Assembly (NCBI GenBank): GCA_040218735.1
Contig: JAVJQW010000023.1
Coordinates: 96,001 to 160,000, forward strand
Reading direction: 5' to 3'
Source: Deltaproteobacteria bacterium
GTDB lineage: Bacteria; Myxococcota; Kuafuiibacteriia; Kuafuiibacteriales; Kuafuiibacteriaceae
Length of the DNA stretch: 64,000 nucleotides
Below, one piece after another: positions 9,005 to 18,721 of this stretch (positions are counted from its first letter, which is position 1; every line of letters starts with the position of its first letter). The notes beneath the pieces were generated by a model, which saw only the letters and a program-made list of their open reading frames with translations, was not told the origin of the DNA and ran no database searches. The translations under genes and the position numbers were made by a program.

Positions 9005-11286
9005 GCTCGGTCGGCCACCTGCTCGACGCCACGAAACGCACGGCCGTCCGCGCGACGTTCGCCGCCCACGTGATCGTCGCGGTCGTCCTCGCGTTCGTCC
9101 CGCTCTTCGACGCGCTCGGCTTCGAGCGAGCGTTCGTCTCCGGGCTCCTCACGGCGCTGACGAGCCCGATCGTCGCGAGCTCACTGCTACGACGCGCGCG
9201 CGACCGTGGCGGCGAAGACCCGGCGCGGGTGTTCTTCCACGCGCTGCTCGTCAACGCGTTCATGCTGCTCCCCACCGTCGTCGCGGGGTACCTCGTGGAG
9301 TGGGTCGCCCAGCCCTGTGACCCCGAGGAGGGCCTGGCGTTCGTCGTCCTCGTCGCGGGCGGGAACGCCGTGATGGGCACGGCGCTCGGCGTCGCCGGCG
9401 GCGCGCTCGCCTACCGACGCGGCGTTCCCTTCCTCGCGATCACCGCAACCCTACTTGCGTTCCTCTTCGCCGCGCTGTCGCGGCTCTACGATCAACCGCA
9501 GATCTTCGTGTACAGCGCTCCGTTCGGATACTGGCCGGGCTCGATCTACGACGAGGAGCTCGCCGTCGATCCGAGGCTCGTGGGTTTCCGCGTCTACTCC
9601 ACACTCCTCGCCTTCACGATCCTCGCGACGGCCCGGCTCTTCATCGATCGTCGAACCCTCCTCGTCACGACGCAGCGGCTCCCGCTCCTCACGCTGCTCG
9701 GCGCGGTCACGCTGGGTGTGCTGACCTACCGCGCACACGACGCGGGTGATGCGCTCGGGTTCGATCTCGACCGGCGCTCGATCGAGCAACGCCTCTCCCA
9801 CGTGGAACGGACGGAGCACTTCGTCATCCACATCGACCCGACCGTCACGAGCACGCAGGCCCGACTCATTCGCGAGGACCACGAGTTCCGGTACGCGCAG
9901 CTCGAGACGTTCTTCGGCGGCGGGCCCGACGGAAAGATCAAGAGCTTCGTCTACCGCGACACCCAGCAGAAGGCGGCGTTGATGGGCGCGGGGCGGACCC
10001 AAGTGGCGCGGCCGTGGGAGCGCGAGATCCACCTCAACGGGTTCGACTTCCCGCACGGCGTCGTCAAACACGAGCTCGCCCACGTCTTCGCCGGGCGCAT
10101 CGCGAGTGGGCCCTTCAAGGTGCCGACCACCAGCGTCGTCTTCGTGAACATCGGCATCGTGGAGGGCATCGCCGTCGCCGCCGACTGGCGCGTGAACGAG
10201 CTGACCGTGCACGGGTGGACCCGCGCGATGAAGGAGCTCGACCTGCTCCCGGATCTCCGTCGCGGCCTCGACGTCGCCGGGTTCTGGTCGCTGTCGTCCT
10301 CGCGCGCGTACACGGCGGCGGGGTCGTTCGTCCGCTACCTCGTCGACACGTACGGCATGGAGAAGTTCGCGGTGCTCTACCGCGACAACGACTTCGACCG
10401 GGCCTACGGCCGCTCCCTCGACGCGCTCGTCACGGAGTGGGAAGGCTTCGTCGAACAGCTCCCCCTGTCACCCGACGATCTGCTGATCGCGGAGCACCGC
10501 TTTCGACGACCGAGCATCTTCCAGAAGGTCTGCGCGCACCGCGCCGCGAACCTCGCCAGCTCCGGTTACGCGAAGCTCGGCTCGGGCGACGTCGACGGCG
10601 GCATCGAAGATCTGGAAGCGCTCGTGCGCTACGCGCCGGGGAGCACGCGACCGCTCCTCGCGATCAGCGCCGCGCTCGCGACGAAGTCACGTCTCGACGA
10701 GGCCGAAGCCTACGCGCAGCGCGCGCTCGACGCGGAGGGCACCACCGAGAAGTCGCGCGCCCAGGCGAAGGAGACCCTCGGAGCGCTCGCCTGGCGCAGG
10801 GGTCGGATCGAGGACGCGCGCGGGCGGTTCGAAGAGGTCCTCCGCCTCCACCTGTCGACCCCGTCGGATCGACTCCAGGCCGCGCGCCTGCACGCGCTCG
10901 AACGACCGCCCGATGTGCAAGCTGTCTTGCGCGACTACTTGACCCAAGGCCTATCGCCGGCCGCCGCGCTGGTGCGGCTCGGGGCGTTGGTCCGTTTGTA
11001 CCCGGACGACCCTCTGGCGGCGTACCTGTACACCCGCGCGTTGGAGAACGCGGACCTGCACGAGGAGGCGCTGGCGCAGATCGAGTCGGTCGGGCCGGAT
11101 CTCGCGCCGCCCCTCGCGGTCGAAGCGCGGCTGACCCGGGGGCGGCTCTTGTTCGGGACCGGGCGCTTCGAGGCGGCCCAGAGCGCCTTCGATGCGGTCG
11201 CGGCGGACGCCGAGAGCCCCGGCATCGCTCAGATGGCTCGGGACTGGTCCGCGCGCAGTCGGTTCGCCCGGGGGGACCCGGAATAG
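9001..11286 (+). CDS. Polytopic membrane protein with a gluzincin-like (HExxH...E) metallopeptidase domain and C-terminal TPRs
   Basis: Several hydrophobic helices in the N-terminal ~250 aa; HELAHV followed by IVEGIAV; YTAAGSFVRYL motif; TPR-like helical repeats. Confidence 0.75.
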   Translation: MSSVGHLLDATKRTAVRATFAAHVIVAVVLAFVPLFDALGFERAFVSGLLTALTSPIVASSLLRRARDRGGEDPARVFFHALLVNAFMLLPTVVAGYLVEWVAQPCDPEEGLAFVVLVAGGNAVMGTALGVAGGALAYRRGVPFLAITATLLAFLFAALSRLYDQPQIFVYSAPFGYWPGSIYDEELAVDPRLVGFRVYSTLLAFTILATARLFIDRRTLLVTTQRLPLLTLLGAVTLGVLTYRAHDAGDALGFDLDRRSIEQRLSHVERTEHFVIHIDPTVTSTQARLIREDHEFRYAQLETFFGGGPDGKIKSFVYRDTQQKAALMGAGRTQVARPWEREIHLNGFDFPHGVVKHELAHVFAGRIASGPFKVPTTSVVFVNIGIVEGIAVAADWRVNELTVHGWTRAMKELDLLPDLRRGLDVAGFWSLSSSRAYTAAGSFVRYLVDTYGMEKFAVLYRDNDFDRAYGRSLDALVTEWEGFVEQLPLSPDDLLIAEHRFRRPSIFQKVCAHRAANLASSGYAKLGSGDVDGGIEDLEALVRYAPGSTRPLLAISAALATKSRLDEAEAYAQRALDAEGTTEKSRAQAKETLGALAWRRGRIEDARGRFEEVLRLHLSTPSDRLQAARLHALERPPDVQAVLRDYLTQGLSPAAALVRLGALVRLYPDDPLAAYLYTRALENADLHEEALAQIESVGPDLAPPLAVEARLTRGRLLFGTGRFEAAQSAFDAVAADAESPGIAQMARDWSARSRFARGDPE

Positions 11287-11326
11287 AAGTCGACAGGATG
11301 GCGTTTGGGCGTTAGTGGTACCCACG

Positions 11327-11791
11327 ATGAAGCGGTGGTCGATCCTGGCTTCCTTCGCCCTCCTGAGCGCCTGCGCGCACGCGAAGATTCCGCGCACGAA
11401 CATCGACGACACCGAAGCCAACCGCGAGATCATCGCCTTGGTGGAGCGCTACCACGAGGCGCTCGAGTCGCTCGACGCGGACGCCGTGCTCTCGATGGTG
11501 AGCCCGAGGTTCTACGAGGACAACGGCAACACCAACGACGCGGACGACTACGACTACAACGGCCTCAAGATGCAGTTGGTCGAAGACTTCAAGCGGACGC
11601 GCGCGCTGCAGCTCGACGTTCGTGTCGACGCGGTCGAGGTCAAGGAGAGCGAGGCGTACGCCGAGCTGTACTACCGAATCCGCGCGCAGAACGAGTACCC
11701 GTCCGGCGTAAAGTGGGAGACGGGTAGCGACCGCACCCGGCTCCGCTTCGAGCGCGCCGACGGCAAGTGGCTCATCGTCGCCGGCCTCTGA
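11327..11791 (+). CDS. NTF2/SnoaL-like lipoprotein
   Basis: Lipobox LSAC after MKRWSIL; NTF2-like pattern ending ...RFERADGKWLIVAGL. Confidence 0.75.
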   Translation: MKRWSILASFALLSACAHAKIPRTNIDDTEANREIIALVERYHEALESLDADAVLSMVSPRFYEDNGNTNDADDYDYNGLKMQLVEDFKRTRALQLDVRVDAVEVKESEAYAELYYRIRAQNEYPSGVKWETGSDRTRLRFERADGKWLIVAGL

Positions 11792-11913
11792 AACATCCCA
11801 GTGCGTTTCGTTCGAGTCCGCTCGCGGGCTCGCCGGAGAGCTCCACGTCCTCGCCGCGCACGCCCGCGACGCACACGGGCGCCCTGGGGCGCCGCAGAAG
11901 CTGCGGGCCCCGG

Positions 11914-11936
11914 TTGATTTTGAGAACTACTATCAA
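11914..11936. promoter_or_regulatory. Fur-box-like operator upstream of the TonB operon
   Basis: GATTTTGAGAACTACTATC (11916-11934) matches 13/19 of GATAATGATAATCATTATC; flanked by TTGAT...ATCAA; AT-rich island ~75 bp before the first gene. Confidence 0.6.
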
Positions 11937-12009
11937 ACTCGTTTACTGAGCAACCCCGATCTCGTTGACTTGGGCCCGGCCGCGCACCCGGCGGGCCACA
12001 CGAGGGATC

Positions 12010-12729
12010 ATGATCATCCAGTTGCTCGCGCTGACGCTTACGATGACTTCCGCACCGGGAGCGGGGCGCCCCGAGGCCGCGCTCGAAGCGCTCCGCGCCG
12101 CCAATACCGTCCGGTCTGAAGACGCCCAAGAAGCCGCGGCCCACCAACGTGAAGCGGCGGAGCTCGAGCTGCTCAGGACAACCCTCGAACAAGAGGCCGA
12201 GCGTCTTCGCTCCGAGCGCCGCCGACGCGCAGAACGAATCGCGACGCTCGAAGCACGCCGGTCCGCGCTCGAACCAAAGCAAGACGGGGCGGGCGCGCTC
12301 CGAAGGCTGCTCATCGCCCAGGCCGAGCGACTCGAAGCGGCGCTGGACCGCATGGCCCGCGCGACCTTTCCCGGCGTCGTCCCCGAGCAGCGACGCGCCG
12401 TCGGCGCCGTCGCACGGTTCGAAGCCGCCTCCGCCCGCCTCGACGCCGCGGAGCGCAACGCGACGCGCGCCGGCGTCGAGATCGCGACTGGTCAGCTCGA
12501 AGGTAACGACCGGTCGGTCGAGCTCCTTCGCCTCGGCGGCGTCGCGGGTTGGTGGCGCGGGCTCGACGGCGACCAGGTCGGCATCGCCAAGATGGTCGAC
12601 GGCCGACTCGTCCTGGGCGTCGTCACGGGACCGGACGCCGAAGCCATTCGCCGCGCGATGACGGTCGCGAAGGGGCGCGCCACGCCTCAGCTCGTGCTGC
12701 TCCCCTTCGACCACGCGAGGACGCCGTGA
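12010..12729 (+). CDS. DUF3450/TtpB-like periplasmic protein of a TonB2-type system
   Basis: Signal peptide, coiled coil, VELLRLGGV motif, C-terminal PQLVLLP; first gene of an exbB/exbD/tonB cluster. Confidence 0.7.
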   Translation: MIIQLLALTLTMTSAPGAGRPEAALEALRAANTVRSEDAQEAAAHQREAAELELLRTTLEQEAERLRSERRRRAERIATLEARRSALEPKQDGAGALRRLLIAQAERLEAALDRMARATFPGVVPEQRRAVGAVARFEAASARLDAAERNATRAGVEIATGQLEGNDRSVELLRLGGVAGWWRGLDGDQVGIAKMVDGRLVLGVVTGPDAEAIRRAMTVAKGRATPQLVLLPFDHARTP

Positions 12730-13988
12730 TGCGCAGCGCGATGTTGCTCCTCCTGCTCCTCGTCCCCAACCTCGCGACCGCCGACGTGTTCGGCGAAGCC
12801 AAGAAGCGACAGACGGAAGCCGAGCGCCGACTCGCCGCGAACCGCCAGACACGCGCGGACCAACGCGCCGAAACCCAGCGGCGACTGACCGCGGCCTACG
12901 ACGCCATCGCGGAGCAGCGACGCGCCATCGAAGCACTCGAAGCGCGCGAGAAGAACCTCGCGGACGAGCTCGTCGAGCTGGAGCGCAGCGCGACGCGCGC
13001 CGACCGCGAAGCCGCGCGCATCCGACGCGTCCTCGAGATCGCGGCGCGCCGAACGATGGAGGACGAAGCGGACATCGCGGCGGGCCTCGACCAACGGCTC
13101 GGCGCGCTCGAGTCGACACTCGTCTTCAGACGCGAACAGACCGAGGTCATCGATCGTAGCGGCGCGTCGGTCACGGCGACCGTCCTGCGCGCCGGCGGCG
13201 CCGTCTACGCGGTCGGGGCACCCGAGGCGACGGGCCTCGTCACCCAGGAGGGCGGTCGACTCCTCGTCACCGGTCCGGACCTCGACCAAGCCACGCGCGC
13301 TGCGCTGGCGGACGCCGCCGCGGGACGAGGCGCGAAGCTCCCGATCGACTTCGGCGGTTCGATGTCGAAGCGGCGCACCCGCCCGAAGACGATCGCGACC
13401 TGGCTCGAAGACGGCGGCCCGTTCGTCATCCCGATCCTCTTGGTCGGGCTGCTCGGCCTGATGCTCCTCGTCGAGCGCCTGGTCTACCTGTTCGCGCGTC
13501 GCCCGAGCCCAACACTGCTCGGGCGGGTCATCAGCCACCTCGAAGCCGGTCGCGTCGAAGCAGCGCGCGAGGCCGTCGGCACACCGCAGTGCGACCTCGA
13601 CCGTGTCGTCGCCGTCGCCGTGGACGGCTTCGGCCGCGAACGCGCGCAGCGCGAAGCGGACCTGGAGACCGCGCTCCTCGCGGAGGAGCCGCGGCTGGAG
13701 CGCTCGCTCGCGCTCATCGCCGCGACGGCGGCCGTCGCCCCCCTCCTCGGGCTGCTCGGGACGGTGACGGGGATGATCACGACCTTCGAGGTGATCACGG
13801 TCTTCGGCACCGGCAACCCGCGCCTGCTCTCGGGCGGCATCTCGGTCGCGCTGATCACGACGCAGCTCGGGCTCATGGTCGCGATACCGCTCGTGCTGGG
13901 GCACGCGTTCGTGAGTCGTGCGGTCGAGCGACGACAGGCGTTGCTCGAAGAGGCGCGCAGCGCGCTGCTCGGTGAGGACCCGTCGTGA
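12729..13988 (+). CDS. TtpC-like MotA/TolQ/ExbB proton channel protein with an extended periplasmic N-terminus
   Basis: APLLGLLGTVTGMITTF...GGISVALITTQLGL; signal peptide and coiled-coil N-terminus. Confidence 0.9.
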   Translation: MRSAMLLLLLLVPNLATADVFGEAKKRQTEAERRLAANRQTRADQRAETQRRLTAAYDAIAEQRRAIEALEAREKNLADELVELERSATRADREAARIRRVLEIAARRTMEDEADIAAGLDQRLGALESTLVFRREQTEVIDRSGASVTATVLRAGGAVYAVGAPEATGLVTQEGGRLLVTGPDLDQATRAALADAAAGRGAKLPIDFGGSMSKRRTRPKTIATWLEDGGPFVIPILLVGLLGLMLLVERLVYLFARRPSPTLLGRVISHLEAGRVEAAREAVGTPQCDLDRVVAVAVDGFGRERAQREADLETALLAEEPRLERSLALIAATAAVAPLLGLLGTVTGMITTFEVITVFGTGNPRLLSGGISVALITTQLGLMVAIPLVLGHAFVSRAVERRQALLEEARSALLGEDPS

Positions 13989-14377
13989 TCGATCGCGCCA
14001 TGACCTGGTTCGAGGGGGGCGGCCCGATCATGGTGATGATCCTCGCCGTGGGCCTCGTCCTGTACGCGGTGCTCACGGAGCGAATCTTCGCGCTCTACTT
14101 CGCGACGCCCGAGACCGCCGACGATCGCAGGAAGAGCCTCCTCATCGTCCGCGCCCTCGTCGCCGCGGCGCCGCTCCTCGGGTTGCTCGGCACCGTGTCC
14201 GGGATGATCGACAGCTTCGACGGCCTCGTCGGCGGCGGGCAGATCAACAGCATCGGTCGCGGCATCGGCTACGCGCTGCGCACGACACAGTACGGCCTCG
14301 CGATCGCCGCGCCCGGGGTGATCCTGGAGCGGATCATCTCGCGCCGCAGCGCGCGCCTGGAGGTCGCGGCGCGATGA
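13985..14377 (+). CDS. exbB: ExbB (MotA/TolQ/ExbB family), short
   Basis: APLLGLLGTVSGMIDSF...GIGYALRTTQYGL. Confidence 0.85.
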   Translation: MIDRAMTWFEGGGPIMVMILAVGLVLYAVLTERIFALYFATPETADDRRKSLLIVRALVAAAPLLGLLGTVSGMIDSFDGLVGGGQINSIGRGIGYALRTTQYGLAIAAPGVILERIISRRSARLEVAAR

Positions 14378-14784
14378 GACGTGTGCTCGGCGGGAAGAAG
14401 GAGCGCCGCGGCGCCGGGGTCGACATGGCCCCGCTGATCGACATGGTGTTCATCCTCCTGATCTTCTTCATGGTCACGACGAGCTTCGTGCAGGAGACGG
14501 GGGTCGACATCTCGCGCCCCGAGAGCGCGACCGCGACCTCGATCGAGCAGGGCTTCGTCCCCATCACCATCGACGCCTCGGGCGCCGTCCACGTCGCCGG
14601 CCGCGCGATCCCCGCCGACTCCGTGCGCGGCGTCCGCACCGCCCTCGAAGACAGCGGCAAACGCCGCATCGTGATCCAGGCCGACAAGGACGTCCGCACC
14701 CAGCTCCTCCTCACGGTGCTCGACACCTGCAGGATCGCCGGCGCCGAGCAGGTCGACGTCGCAGCCATCCGGGACGGTTCGTGA
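14374..14784 (+). CDS. exbD: Biopolymer transport protein ExbD
   Basis: VDMAPLIDMVFILLIFFMVTTSF; IVIQADK. Confidence 0.93.
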   Translation: MRRVLGGKKERRGAGVDMAPLIDMVFILLIFFMVTTSFVQETGVDISRPESATATSIEQGFVPITIDASGAVHVAGRAIPADSVRGVRTALEDSGKRRIVIQADKDVRTQLLLTVLDTCRIAGAEQVDVAAIRDGS

Positions 14785-15428
14785 TGAAGAGCCTGTTCGC
14801 CGCCGCGCTGAGCGTCGCTCTCAACGGAGGGATCGTCGTCGCACTCGCCAACGCGAGCGGCTCGGCGACGGACCGCGAAGCGCCGCCCCGCCCGGTCACC
14901 CTCTCGACGATCGAGCCCCCGCCGCCACCGCCGCCGCCCGTCGAGCGCGACACTGCGGCCCCCTCCACCGCGATCCCGCTCCCGACCGCCGGGAAGCCGC
15001 CGCCGCTGGAGCTGCCGCCGATGGCGTCGGGCTCCGAAGGCATCGCGCTCGAGATGGCGAGCGGCGCTCAGTTCGACTGGGGGATGGGGTTCGAGCTCCC
15101 GAAGTACTCGGCGGAGGCCCTCGCGGCGGAGTCCGAAGGCGACCTCGGCCGCGAGCCCCCCGTCGCCGTGTTCCAGCCGGATCTGGAGCGTCACTACCCG
15201 CGCAACGCGATGCAGGCCCGGGTCGAAGGGCGCACGGTGGTGCAGATGAAGATCGACGCGCGCGGGCGCGTCACCCAGGTCATCGTCCTGAAGAGCGAGC
15301 CGAAGGGTGTCTTCGAACGCGCCGCCGCGAGCGCCGCACGTGAGATTCGCTTCCAGCCCGCGAAGAAGAACGGCCGACCGATCGTATCGAGGGTGAAGTT
15401 GGAGTTTGTGTGGACACTCGACAAGTGA
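14781..15428 (+). CDS. tonB: Energy transducer TonB
   Basis: N-terminal TM helix, poly-Pro linker, YPRNAMQARVEGRTVV...FERAA...FQPAKKNG TonB C-domain. Confidence 0.9.
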   Translation: MMKSLFAAALSVALNGGIVVALANASGSATDREAPPRPVTLSTIEPPPPPPPPVERDTAAPSTAIPLPTAGKPPPLELPPMASGSEGIALEMASGAQFDWGMGFELPKYSAEALAAESEGDLGREPPVAVFQPDLERHYPRNAMQARVEGRTVVQMKIDARGRVTQVIVLKSEPKGVFERAAASAAREIRFQPAKKNGRPIVSRVKLEFVWTLDK

Positions 15429-16684
15429 AACGAAGCCTGCTGTCGGCCGCCCTCACGTTGTGTTGCGTCGCGGCCCCGGTCGTGGCGCGCGCCGACGACG
15501 AAGCCGAACCGCGCGAGGTCCCGGAGGCGCTGCTCCTGTACCTCTCGGCCGCGGAGAAGTCGCTCGCCGCCAACAAACCGAAGGAGGCGCTGGCTTATCT
15601 GCTGAAATACGACGGCGAGGACGACGCCCTCCGTCAGCTGCTGATCGGCCACGCGCGCTACGCGCTGCGCGACTACCGGCGAGCGGAGGGTGCGTACAAG
15701 AAGGCGCTCGACCTGGACGGAGCGCTCAAACCCGCCGCCCTCGGGCTCGCGCGTTCCTACGTCGAGCGTCAGGTGTGGCCGGCGGCGGCCGAGGTGCTCG
15801 GGAAACACGTCGACGTCGGCGCCGACCCGGCGCCGTACGTCGGGCTCTACGCGCGCGTCGCGTACGAGATGGGTGACCACCGACTCGCGACCGTGTTGAT
15901 CGAACGCGGCATCGTTCGGTTCCCGAGCGATCAGATCTTCCGCCGCCTCGATGTGGCGCTCCAGATCGAACGCCGCGACTGGCCGCGGGCCTACGAAGGC
16001 GCGATGGATCTGTTGCGCAAGAGCCCGAACGACGGCACGGCGTGGCGACAGCTCGCCGCGGCGAGCCAACGCGACGGCCGCGACGGCGTCGACGAGCTCG
16101 CGACGCTCGAAGCCGCCACGATCGCCAATCCGAAGGACGAAGCGCTCCTCCGGCAGCACCTCTTCGCGCAGTACGCCGCCGGTCACTTCGACCACGCGCT
16201 GACCTCGGTGGGGCGCCTGATCAAAAACGCGGACGTGAGGACGCTCGAGCTCGCGGTGCGGATCGCGGACGCCGCCGGCGAGACCAAGCGTGGCCGCGAG
16301 TGGCTCGCGCGCATCGCAGCGAAGGATCGAAGCCGAACGGTGGAGCTGCTCGACGCACGCCTCTCCGCACGCGACGGCGACCCGGCGCAGGCGCAGCAAG
16401 CGCTCGAACGCCTCATTCAGCGCGGTGACGCCGACACGCGCGTGCTGCTCTGGGCCGGACAGATCGCGGAGTCGGCCGGAGACCTCGCGAAGGCCGAGGC
16501 GCGCTTCAGCCAAGCGCGCGACGTCGGTGGGCCGGACGTCGGCGTGGCCACGATGCACCTCGCTCGGCTCTACCACCGGCTCGAGCAATCGGACCGGGCG
16601 CTCGAGCTCCTCGCGACCTACCTCGCGGCGTACCCCGGTGACACCGCCGCGCGGCGACTGCTCGGCGCGCTTCGAACGCGCTGA
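15425..16684 (+). CDS. Secreted TPR protein (TtpD-like)
   Basis: Signal peptide, multiple TPR helices; GTG overlaps the tonB stop. Confidence 0.8.
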   Translation: MKRSLLSAALTLCCVAAPVVARADDEAEPREVPEALLLYLSAAEKSLAANKPKEALAYLLKYDGEDDALRQLLIGHARYALRDYRRAEGAYKKALDLDGALKPAALGLARSYVERQVWPAAAEVLGKHVDVGADPAPYVGLYARVAYEMGDHRLATVLIERGIVRFPSDQIFRRLDVALQIERRDWPRAYEGAMDLLRKSPNDGTAWRQLAAASQRDGRDGVDELATLEAATIANPKDEALLRQHLFAQYAAGHFDHALTSVGRLIKNADVRTLELAVRIADAAGETKRGREWLARIAAKDRSRTVELLDARLSARDGDPAQAQQALERLIQRGDADTRVLLWAGQIAESAGDLAKAEARFSQARDVGGPDVGVATMHLARLYHRLEQSDRALELLATYLAAYPGDTAARRLLGALRTR

Positions 16685-16695
16685 CCGCGCCCGCG

Positions 16696-17715
16696 TCAAC
16701 CGAAGATACGTTCGACGAGCGCCTCGGCGCCGCCGTCGGCGAGCGCCTCCAGGCGCGCCGTGTAGTGGCGGTAGTCCTTGTACACGCGACGCGACGCGGG
16801 GAGACGCTTCAGCTCGAAGTCGACGATGCGCGTGATCGCGAAGCGCGCCGCGGCGAGCCGCAGCTCGTGGGGGAGCGCTCGGCGCTCGGCCTTCGTCAAC
16901 GGGCGCGTGCGATCGTAGGCCTCGAGGAACGCGCGCACGCGTCCGAGGTGGAAGCGCCCGGCCGGGCCGCCCATCTGTTTGGTGGTCGGTTGCCAGCACC
17001 AGTCGTTGAGCGTGACCGCGACGTCCCAGACGAGGCGCTCGGTCGACGCCATCTCGAAGTCGATGCACCCGACGAGGTCGTCGTCGCGGAACTTCGCGTT
17101 GTCGATGAACAGGTCGCCGTGCACGGTTCCGACGGGGAGGTCGTCCAGCCGGCGCTTCTTCTGGCGGGTGATCTCGGCGGTGAGCGCGGTGACGTCGTCC
17201 GTGAAGCGCTTCGCGAGGCGCTTCTTCTGGAGTGCGCGCTGGATGCGGCGCATCTTGGCGTCGAGCGAAGCGAGGTTGAACTCGTTGTGGCGCGTCCGCA
17301 CGAAGGTCTTGGTCGACGTGTGGAGCGCGCCCGCGTAGCGGCCAATCTTCGTGACGTGGCGCGGCCGCACTTCGAAGACCCCGAGCTCACGCCCCGGCAT
17401 GTACTCGAAGAGCGAGACGTAACGACCGCGCGAAGCCCACGGCGTGAACGTCCCGCGCGCGACGTTCTTGATGAGTCGAGGGACCGCGACCCCTTGGCGA
17501 TCGAGGTGAAGGAGGAGCTCCTTCTCGTAGATCATGTCGTCGACGCGTTTCTTCTCCGTGATGCGGAGGAAGTAGCGGCGACCGTTCACCTGCACCCAGT
17601 ACGACGTGTTGATCGATCCTTCGGCGATGCCGCCGAAGTCCTCGAGGTCATCGAGGTGATAGAGAGACAAGATCGATCGGATCTGGTCTCGGTCTAGAAC
17701 GACGTGCACGGCCAC
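16696..17715 (-). CDS. thrB: Homoserine kinase type II (APH-like)
   Basis: GIAEGSINTSY; GTVHGDLFIDN; IDFEMA; DVAVTLNDWC; C-terminal KDYRHY. Confidence 0.85.
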   Translation of the reverse strand: MAVHVVLDRDQIRSILSLYHLDDLEDFGGIAEGSINTSYWVQVNGRRYFLRITEKKRVDDMIYEKELLLHLDRQGVAVPRLIKNVARGTFTPWASRGRYVSLFEYMPGRELGVFEVRPRHVTKIGRYAGALHTSTKTFVRTRHNEFNLASLDAKMRRIQRALQKKRLAKRFTDDVTALTAEITRQKKRRLDDLPVGTVHGDLFIDNAKFRDDDLVGCIDFEMASTERLVWDVAVTLNDWCWQPTTKQMGGPAGRFHLGRVRAFLEAYDRTRPLTKAERRALPHELRLAAARFAITRIVDFELKRLPASRRVYKDYRHYTARLEALADGGAEALVERIFG

Positions 17716-17785
17716 GGCTGGTCGTCCGACTGTAGCGCTCGCAACCGCGCGGGTCGACAACGCGCGCTCGCGTGAGGATTGGGGT

Positions 17786-18694
17786 ATGCTCGTCGGCGTG
17801 GCGGACCTGCGTCTCGGTGCTCTCCTCCTGAAGGCGCAAATCTTGTCCCCCGCTCAGCTTCAGGAGGCGGAGGCGGAGCAGATCAGGACCGGGGTTCGGC
17901 TCGGCCAGATCGTCGTGGAGCGCGGGTGGGTGCGGGAGCGCTCGTTCTACGACGCGCTCGCGAAGGCGGCGCGTATCCGGCGCCTCGATCTCGCAACCGT
18001 CCGTACGGACAGGCGGGCCATCCGCGCCGTCGATTCGATCTGGGCGCTCGACCACGGGATGGTGCCGCTGTTCGTGGACGGGGCACAGCGCACGCTGGAG
18101 GTCGCCGTCACGGATCCGACCGTGCGGGAGCCGCTCGTCGAGTTGGAGCAAAAGACCGGCCTCGCGGTCGTCCCCATCCTGGGAAGCGAAGGGGAGATCG
18201 GCCAGCTGATCCGACACCAGTTCTTCGAGGAGCCGCTCGACGGTCGCCCGGAGGCGTTGTCCGAGGCCCCCACGGAGGGCCGCCCCGCCGCCCAACCGCC
18301 GCAGAGCCCCCGCCTTCGCTCACCCCACGAGGCGGAGGCCGGTGCGCCGGCGTGGGGCAACCCGCCGAGTCACCCCACCCAGCCCCCCGCGTGGGGCAAC
18401 CCGTCCACGCAGCCGGGTCCCGCGCAGGCCGCGCAGCAGGCGCCGAACTGGGGCAACCCGTCCACGCTCGCCGGCACGAAGGCCGTGCCGGGTGCACCGT
18501 CTTGGGGCAACCCACCGACGGCTTCGGGCGCGCGTGACGCTCAGGACGCCGAGCTCCTCAACCAGCTCCGGCCGGTGTTCGAGGGGCACCAGGAGAACGC
18601 GCGCATCCTGCAGGCGGTGTTCGAGCTGTGTGTTCGTCGCGGGGTGATCACGCGCGAGGAGTACCTCCGCCGACTCGCCGCCGCGGATGACTGA
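17786..18694 (+). CDS. Stand-alone MshEN/GspE-N domain protein (putative c-di-GMP receptor) with a Pro-rich WGNP repeat linker
   Basis: RLGALLLKAQILSPAQLQEAEAEQ and RLGQIVVERGWV tandem MshEN motifs; VAVTDP; no ATPase domain. Confidence 0.8.
   Translation: MLVGVADLRLGALLLKAQILSPAQLQEAEAEQIRTGVRLGQIVVERGWVRERSFYDALAKAARIRRLDLATVRTDRRAIRAVDSIWALDHGMVPLFVDGAQRTLEVAVTDPTVREPLVELEQKTGLAVVPILGSEGEIGQLIRHQFFEEPLDGRPEALSEAPTEGRPAAQPPQSPRLRSPHEAEAGAPAWGNPPSHPTQPPAWGNPSTQPGPAQAAQQAPNWGNPSTLAGTKAVPGAPSWGNPPTASGARDAQDAELLNQLRPVFEGHQENARILQAVFELCVRRGVITREEYLRRLAAADD
18343..18520 (+). repeat. Four [AP]PxWGNP peptide repeats
   Basis: APAWGNPP, PPAWGNPS, APNWGNPS, APSWGNPP; tggggcaacc occurs four times in the DNA. 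Confidence 0.9.
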
Positions 18695-18721
18695 CGCGCC
18701 CTCCCCTGCTAAGCCGGCGCG

